64,000 nucleotides of DNA, from the IMG/VR virus record IMGVR_UViG_3300006052_000009, positions 1 through 64,000 of that record; one strand, 5' to 3'. This DNA is from a virus. The notes below the pieces were generated by a model, which was not told the origin of the DNA, did not search any database, and saw nothing but the letters and a program-made list of their open reading frames with translations. A program made the position numbers and the translations under genes. Position 1 is the stretch's first letter. Each line of letters starts with the position of its first letter. Shown one piece after another: positions 59,080-64,000 of the stretch.

Positions 59080-59598
59080 ATGGCCGAATTAGCATACGCC
59101 CTTCATAAAGAAGTTGAAACCTATAGACTCGTTATGGGTAACAACTCGACAACTGTTCACCCTGTGCTTGGTACATTCCCAATAAAAGGATGCATACCAC
59201 TTCCAGTCACTGACTCAACGAGAAACCCTGGCACCATCACCACCAATGCAGGAACGCCAACCGTTGTTGTAGGAACGGGAACAACGTTTCTTTCCTATTA
59301 TACACCTGGAGATTTTATCGCTGACGGTAATGGTGTATGCAGAAAGATAACACAGGTTAACTCGGACACGCTTTTGACTGTTGAGGCGGCATGGCCATCT
59401 CCCCTCAGCAATGCTACTCCAAACAGGGTTAAGCCTTTGTACTCTTCGATTGAAGCTCATAATACTAGCGCATCCGTTGCGGCTGTTCTTCTTGAACAAA
59501 CATTTCCTGCTGGAGATACATTCGTTAATAGCGGAGCACCTGTCTCCTACGATGTAAGCACGGCCTCAAGTCAGATTTCTTTCACCCTACACGTTTAA
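59080..59598 (+). CDS. virion accessory/structural protein
   Basis: V.GTGTTF...PGDFI..ITQVNSDT.LTV motif. Confidence 0.6.
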   Translation: MAELAYALHKEVETYRLVMGNNSTTVHPVLGTFPIKGCIPLPVTDSTRNPGTITTNAGTPTVVVGTGTTFLSYYTPGDFIADGNGVCRKITQVNSDTLLTVEAAWPSPLSNATPNRVKPLYSSIEAHNTSASVAAVLLEQTFPAGDTFVNSGAPVSYDVSTASSQISFTLHV

Positions 59599-59604
59599 AA
59601 TTTT

Positions 59605-59883
59605 ATGGAACCATTTCTCAACGGATCATTCAACCCCAATTGGGTATTCAGCGGAATAGTAACAATTTTATGCCTTCTTGTGTGGCGAATGTTGACGAAG
59701 ATGGAGAAGAACGTGGAGAAGCATGCAGAGAAATTGGAAATACACCACACAGCAATTCAACTTCATGAACAGAAACTTGAAGATCACGAAAACGACCTGA
59801 AGACACACCGCGAGACAACACGCGAACTAGCCGAAGAAGTTGTACGGAAAATGCAGATCGCATTTGATGTAAGAAAGTTATGA
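59605..59883 (+). CDS. holin/antiholin-like membrane protein
   Basis: single TM plus coiled coil; coupled to the endolysin gene. Confidence 0.55.
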   Translation: MEPFLNGSFNPNWVFSGIVTILCLLVWRMLTKMEKNVEKHAEKLEIHHTAIQLHEQKLEDHENDLKTHRETTRELAEEVVRKMQIAFDVRKL

Positions 59884-60359
59884 ATCTCACCGACCACATA
59901 AGTAAGTGGTGCTCGTATGGTGAGGCCATCCATTCACAGAATGCAGAACGGTTAGGTATTATCAATATTCCAAGCGATGAAGTTCTCGAGGATATGAAGT
60001 ACACCGCTACTCATATTTTCGATCCAGTGAGGGAATTCATCAATGAGCCATTAACAGCATCTAGTTTTTTTCGTTGTGCTGAATTGAATGGCAATACGCC
60101 AGGAAGTAGCAACACAAGTCAACATGTGCTCGGACAGGCTGTCGATATGTATTCGACAGGAAGGCTTGTCGATATATTTAAGTTCGTAAGAGACCACCTT
60201 GAGTTCGATCAATTGCTCTGGGAATACGGATCCACAGTTGTCCCTGCATGGGTTCACGCCAGCATCACATCACACAGAGCGAACAGAAAGCAAATTCTCC
60301 GTGTGTACGTTGACGAGAACAAACAGATTCACTACATACCATTTGATCTACACATATGA
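59880..60359 (+). CDS. peptidase M15 (Zn D-Ala-D-Ala carboxypeptidase-like) endolysin
   Basis: SFFRC.ELN, SQHVLGQAVD, FDQLLWEY, WVHAS. Confidence 0.9.
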   Translation: MNLTDHISKWCSYGEAIHSQNAERLGIINIPSDEVLEDMKYTATHIFDPVREFINEPLTASSFFRCAELNGNTPGSSNTSQHVLGQAVDMYSTGRLVDIFKFVRDHLEFDQLLWEYGSTVVPAWVHASITSHRANRKQILRVYVDENKQIHYIPFDLHI

Positions 60360-60799
60360 CAGCCTTCATCTTCATTGGAATGGAACCTGACTTTGGCATC
60401 CAGCCTATCAGTCTCGCATTACTTTTTGTGCCTTTGTTATTCAGATTGTACTTGGACTACGAGACAATAGTTATTCATAATGAAAGGCCTAACCACTCGC
60501 TACATACCGCAATTACTGGTGCGTTGATGGCTGTGCTTTCTGTTATAGTATGGTACATTGAACCGGTGAAATACTGCTGGCAGCCGTTTTTATTGATGTG
60601 GGGAATCTTTGGATTGTTTTTTGATTATTTACTCAACATACTGAGAAAAAAGGAATGGTACTACATCACTGTTGACAATCCTGGCATATTTGACAGAGCT
60701 TTCCTTGCCATCGGAGTATGGGGAGAATTGTTCTTTAAGTTGTGGTGGCTACTGACCACGTTCTCGGTTTACTTCTACATGAGTTATATTACAGGATGA
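60356..60799 (+). CDS. multi-pass membrane protein
   Basis: about four hydrophobic segments; FDYLLN..R.K.WYY. Confidence 0.65.
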   Translation: MTAFIFIGMEPDFGIQPISLALLFVPLLFRLYLDYETIVIHNERPNHSLHTAITGALMAVLSVIVWYIEPVKYCWQPFLLMWGIFGLFFDYLLNILRKKEWYYITVDNPGIFDRAFLAIGVWGELFFKLWWLLTTFSVYFYMSYITG

Positions 60800-61161
60800 A
60801 AGTCTGGATGGCGATAGCTGTTGTCATCAGCATACTAGGTACGCTGGGACTACTCGTGAAGGGTGTTAAATTTTTCCATGGTCTTATTGATTCACTTACT
60901 ACTGAGCAGGGTGGATATAGCGCAAGAAAGATTGTTGCTTATTTCGGAGTGATAATGGCTGGAATACTAAGCGTCAAACACACCAATCATGAAAATGCTG
61001 ACTCTATTATAACTACTTGGTTGGTATTTGTATCCGTGTGCCTTGGTATAGTTACCGCATCACAACTTATTCAATTGAAGTTGGGTTCATCTTCCAGCGC
61101 ACCATCCGACAAAGATGGCGACAGGAATCCAAAACCATCGGACGGCCTTCCTGTGGGATAG
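60796..61161 (+). CDS. holin-like protein
   Basis: three hydrophobic segments; GYSARK motif; start revised. Confidence 0.6.
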   Translation: MKVWMAIAVVISILGTLGLLVKGVKFFHGLIDSLTTEQGGYSARKIVAYFGVIMAGILSVKHTNHENADSIITTWLVFVSVCLGIVTASQLIQLKLGSSSSAPSDKDGDRNPKPSDGLPVG

Positions 61162-61458
61162 TTTTACGATAATCTCATCCTTATAGTCCATTGCTTTGTG
61201 TAGGTTCTGAATAACAGAATCCTTTGCAACAATTTGTTGCCCTTTAAGTAATGAGATTGAATCGTACTTGTTGATTTCTTTTGTCAATCCCTGAATGTGT
61301 TTCTCCTGAATTCTGATGAGCGTATCCTGAGCGTCTTTGATCTGTAAGTCGCGTTGGATAAGCCTTCCGATCCTGAGCGTTGTGCATACCGTTGAGTCCT
61401 GAGCTTGTACAGCGAAGGCACCAAGCGTGAGGATTAGTGCGAGTATCTTTTTTGCCAT
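61087..61458 (-). CDS. spanin-like exported coiled-coil protein
   Basis: signal peptide, coiled coil, C-terminal hydrophobic segment. Confidence 0.55.
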   Translation of the reverse strand: MAKKILALILTLGAFAVQAQDSTVCTTLRIGRLIQRDLQIKDAQDTLIRIQEKHIQGLTKEINKYDSISLLKGQQIVAKDSVIQNLHKAMDYKDEIIVKLSHRKAVRWFWIPVAIFVGWCAGR

Positions 61459-61772
61459 AATGAATCGAGTTGAGAGGCCTTGTATTTTATCGTTGGCATG
61501 AAGGTGATATGATTAACCACAACGTGCTCTATCTTGGAAAGAGAGTCACTTTGATGGGCAAGTTTAGAGATGTCCTTTGTTAGATCGGCAATGAACTTGT
61601 CTTTACGTGCTGCCGAGTCTTCCCATGCCTTGGCTTTCATCTCATGGAACTTTGCTTCTGCCTTGTACTTGGCAAGCAGGGCATCCTGATTGGCCGAGGA
61701 GCGTCCTAAGAAGTAGGCACCGCCTAATACGATAGTAAAGACAGCCCAGAAAATTATTTTTTGCGCATCCAT
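61434..61772 (-). CDS. spanin-like membrane-anchored coiled-coil protein
   Basis: N-terminal TM plus coiled coil; overlaps partner gene. Confidence 0.55.
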   Translation of the reverse strand: MDAQKIIFWAVFTIVLGGAYFLGRSSANQDALLAKYKAEAKFHEMKAKAWEDSAARKDKFIADLTKDISKLAHQSDSLSKIEHVVVNHITFMPTIKYKASQLDSLWQKRYSH

Positions 61773-62494
61773 ATATTTTCTTCAAGCATGACGTAGTAAT
61801 CCACTCCCTCTATTTTAATAATCCAATCCGATGCCTCTTGGTATAAGATCACATCTCCGGATTTCAAATCAAAACCCTTACGGCAGAATGCGATTGTTCC
61901 TTCGTAAAGTTTAGCCTCGACTTCATCCTTAACGATCAACCCTGTCTCACTTTTAAGTTCATCTTCTGACTCGAGATTAGGTTTTACAAGGATGTACCCG
62001 CCTTGCGGACGTATGTCTCCATTCTTACCGACAGCGCAGATGATTTGATCTACGGTTGCCAGATACTCGTCATCGCCAATGAGATTCTCTGGTTCAGTAA
62101 CAGAGGGGTGGAAGTAGACTTTTTCACCCACTTCACAGTCGATGGTAGTCCCGTAATCGGCAATAGTTGCGTAGTTGATTCGCTCGCAAATACCTGGATG
62201 ATATTTAGTGTTGTCCCACTCGGGTTGAACACCTTGATTCCTTTGGGATTGGATGGCATCATGGCCAATGAATATTTTGGGGTTAGGGAAGCCTGGGTCG
62301 ATGGGCATGTAATTCGTGTCCCTGTAGCCAATTGGTTTAGCTACAATCGTCCCTGTCAGTAGCTTGCGTTCATACCTATCAAGTTCCTTTTCTTCTCTGT
62401 ACCACGCTGTATTGAGTCGTATCAGTCCAGTTTCTGTCGGGCGAGTGTCGTAGATGCTGTCTGCCTTGATAATGTGATAGTCGAGTAACTCCAT
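61754..62494 (-). CDS. GroES-like co-chaperonin with tandem domains
   Basis: IRPQGGYILVKP..SETGLIV..GDVILY..IEGVDYYVMLEENI; N-terminal GTIVAKP..VGEKVYFH. Confidence 0.75.
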   Translation of the reverse strand: MELLDYHIIKADSIYDTRPTETGLIRLNTAWYREEKELDRYERKLLTGTIVAKPIGYRDTNYMPIDPGFPNPKIFIGHDAIQSQRNQGVQPEWDNTKYHPGICERINYATIADYGTTIDCEVGEKVYFHPSVTEPENLIGDDEYLATVDQIICAVGKNGDIRPQGGYILVKPNLESEDELKSETGLIVKDEVEAKLYEGTIAFCRKGFDLKSGDVILYQEASDWIIKIEGVDYYVMLEENIWMRKK

Positions 62495-62559
62495 AAATCA
62501 AAGATACTAAAAATCTTGTATTTTTTTATAAAAGAATTTTTTATACATTTGACCAAGAC

Positions 62560-62586
62560 AAAAGCCCGATCATCCCGTGATCAGGC
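62560..62586 (-). terminator. probable intrinsic terminator
   Basis: gcctgatca-cggga-tgatcgggc plus TTTT on the minus strand. Confidence 0.55.
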
Positions 62587-62668
62587 CGTAAACTAACCGA
62601 CAATGTTGAGAGTATTGGGGAAGAGGGCTGGTAAATTAATATCAGCCCTCTATTTTGGGAATCAATTA

Positions 62669-62932
62669 TTAAGCAACCGTCTTTGCTTGGAGGGTCGCGA
62701 TTGTATCGAGAACGAACAACTCCTGCTGAAGCCATGGCTGAGAGAGAATAATTTTTCCGTAAAGGTATGGAAGACCATATATGCTCTGGCCTCCGCGCAC
62801 GTTCACAGGATACATCGCATTTATCTCATCCGTAGTCAAGACAAACGGATAGGAGTCTGTTACGAACCACGTACCATATGAATCTACGTTTCTTTCGATA
62901 CGGTACACTTGGAGGTTGATTGCTAATGCCAT
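62669..62932 (-). CDS. hypothetical protein
   Basis: 87 aa, A-rich leader, protein-like composition. Confidence 0.65.
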   Translation of the reverse strand: MALAINLQVYRIERNVDSYGTWFVTDSYPFVLTTDEINAMYPVNVRGGQSIYGLPYLYGKIILSQPWLQQELFVLDTIATLQAKTVA

Positions 62933-62975
62933 AATTTTTTATTTTAAAGTCTAAAGGTCGTTAAAAATATTTCGA

Positions 62976-63854
62976 ATGCCAAACAAGCCGATTCCTTTTA
63001 AGTTTTCCCTCTTCCCTGGCGATCTGATTAATGCGATGGCAGGCATCAAAGAAATTTGTACTCGCCTCAATACAACGGCAGAAATCTTCTTGGGACTCGA
63101 TGTAGAGTGGAAGGTAAGCGAGATCATCGCCAAGGGTAGAAAATCAAAATCTACCCTTACAAAGGAGACACTCGATATGCTCTCGCCACTTCTGCTAAGC
63201 CAAAAATACATTTCCAAAGTAAGAGACATCAACGAGGAGCACTCGGAATACTTTAAGAAGTGGATCGATGCCTTCCAAAACATGGATGACTTCGAGTATG
63301 CCGCCAAGTGGTATGCGCAGAATCAAGGTTCATTAATAGACCTAGACAAGCACCAGACTTATCCAATCAGCATGCCTTACGGCAACATCTTCCGTTGGAA
63401 CTTTTATGTCTATCCTGACATGACTTGCGACTTATCTCAGCCATGGCTTGACGTGGAGGTGGATGACTTTGTGCCACACGATGCGATCATTGTCAACAGA
63501 ACAGAGAGGGCAATCAATCCAACTATCTCTTATGCGTTCCTGAAGAAGTACGAGAAACGAATCATCTTTGCTGGCCACAAGGAAGAGTGGATAATATTCT
63601 GCCAGCAGTTCAATCTAAACATCCCACGTTTGATTATTAAAGACTTTTACGAACTTGCGTCCGTGATACGATCAGCAAAACTATTCATCGGAAATCAGAG
63701 CTTGTGTTTTTCTATTGCTGAGGCGGTCAAGGTACCACGCATCCTCGAGACTTGCCAGTATCTCCCCAACGTGATTCCCTGCGGAAAGGATGCATACGAC
63801 TTTTATTTTCAACAGCCATTCGAGTATATGGTCGATAAACTAGCCAACCAATGA
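62976..63854 (+). CDS. GT-B fold glycosyltransferase (GT9/heptosyltransferase-like)
   Basis: GDLI N-terminal motif; ELASVIRSAKLFIGNQS..SIAEAVKVPRI. Confidence 0.8.
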   Translation: MPNKPIPFKFSLFPGDLINAMAGIKEICTRLNTTAEIFLGLDVEWKVSEIIAKGRKSKSTLTKETLDMLSPLLLSQKYISKVRDINEEHSEYFKKWIDAFQNMDDFEYAAKWYAQNQGSLIDLDKHQTYPISMPYGNIFRWNFYVYPDMTCDLSQPWLDVEVDDFVPHDAIIVNRTERAINPTISYAFLKKYEKRIIFAGHKEEWIIFCQQFNLNIPRLIIKDFYELASVIRSAKLFIGNQSLCFSIAEAVKVPRILETCQYLPNVIPCGKDAYDFYFQQPFEYMVDKLANQ

Positions 63855-64000
63855 TTTGCCCGAATACAGGTCAATTTTGTGTCTATAAAAATAGCAGTGC
63901 ACCTTGTGGTCAAAATACGTGTAAATTTGGTGGTACCCCTGTAAGCATTCCAAGCCCAGCACCACTTATAGGTTGGATTTGTCCACGATGCCAAAGAGTG

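Noticed and set aside
62603-62881. 92-aa plus-strand ORF
   Set aside because: Antisense to a more protein-like gene and crossed early by a terminator-like hairpin.
1-64000. Integrase, att sites or flanking host genes (prophage)
   Set aside because: None recognised; all genes look phage-like, so lifestyle cannot be determined from this window.

Overview
The whole window is a segment of a tailed dsDNA bacteriophage genome, most likely a Bacteroidota-infecting podovirus. The host inference rests on TAnnTTTG promoters and A/C-rich start regions without Shine-Dalgarno motifs. Layout: recombination/replication and small genes (RecT, YopX-like, VapE-like, metallophosphoesterase, RHH/HTH regulators; 1-12.7 kb), a non-coding divergence/skew-switch region (12.7-13.35 kb), an early accessory operon (13.35-19 kb), and a Crassvirales-like structural block. 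That block holds TerL, portal, scaffold, major capsid, two paralogous fibres, glycosyltransferase plus intein-containing methyltransferase, three ring proteins, muzzle and ejection proteins including a 2485-aa polyvalent protein (20.5-59 kb). Lysis genes, a GroES-like gene and a GT9-like gene follow. Product calls come from motifs, size and synteny, not database searches. Most notable observations: (1) small basic genes overprinted in the +1 frame inside the giant ejection gene, plus an A10 slip site near its 5' end; (2) a three-way-junction RNA in the early operon whose loop is complementary to an AAACGATC motif at several early-gene starts, with two further structured elements nearby; (3) a putative virion glycosylation/methylation cassette whose methyltransferase carries an intein; (4) a gene split at a TTT-TAG shifty stop; (5) many apparently leaderless transcripts.
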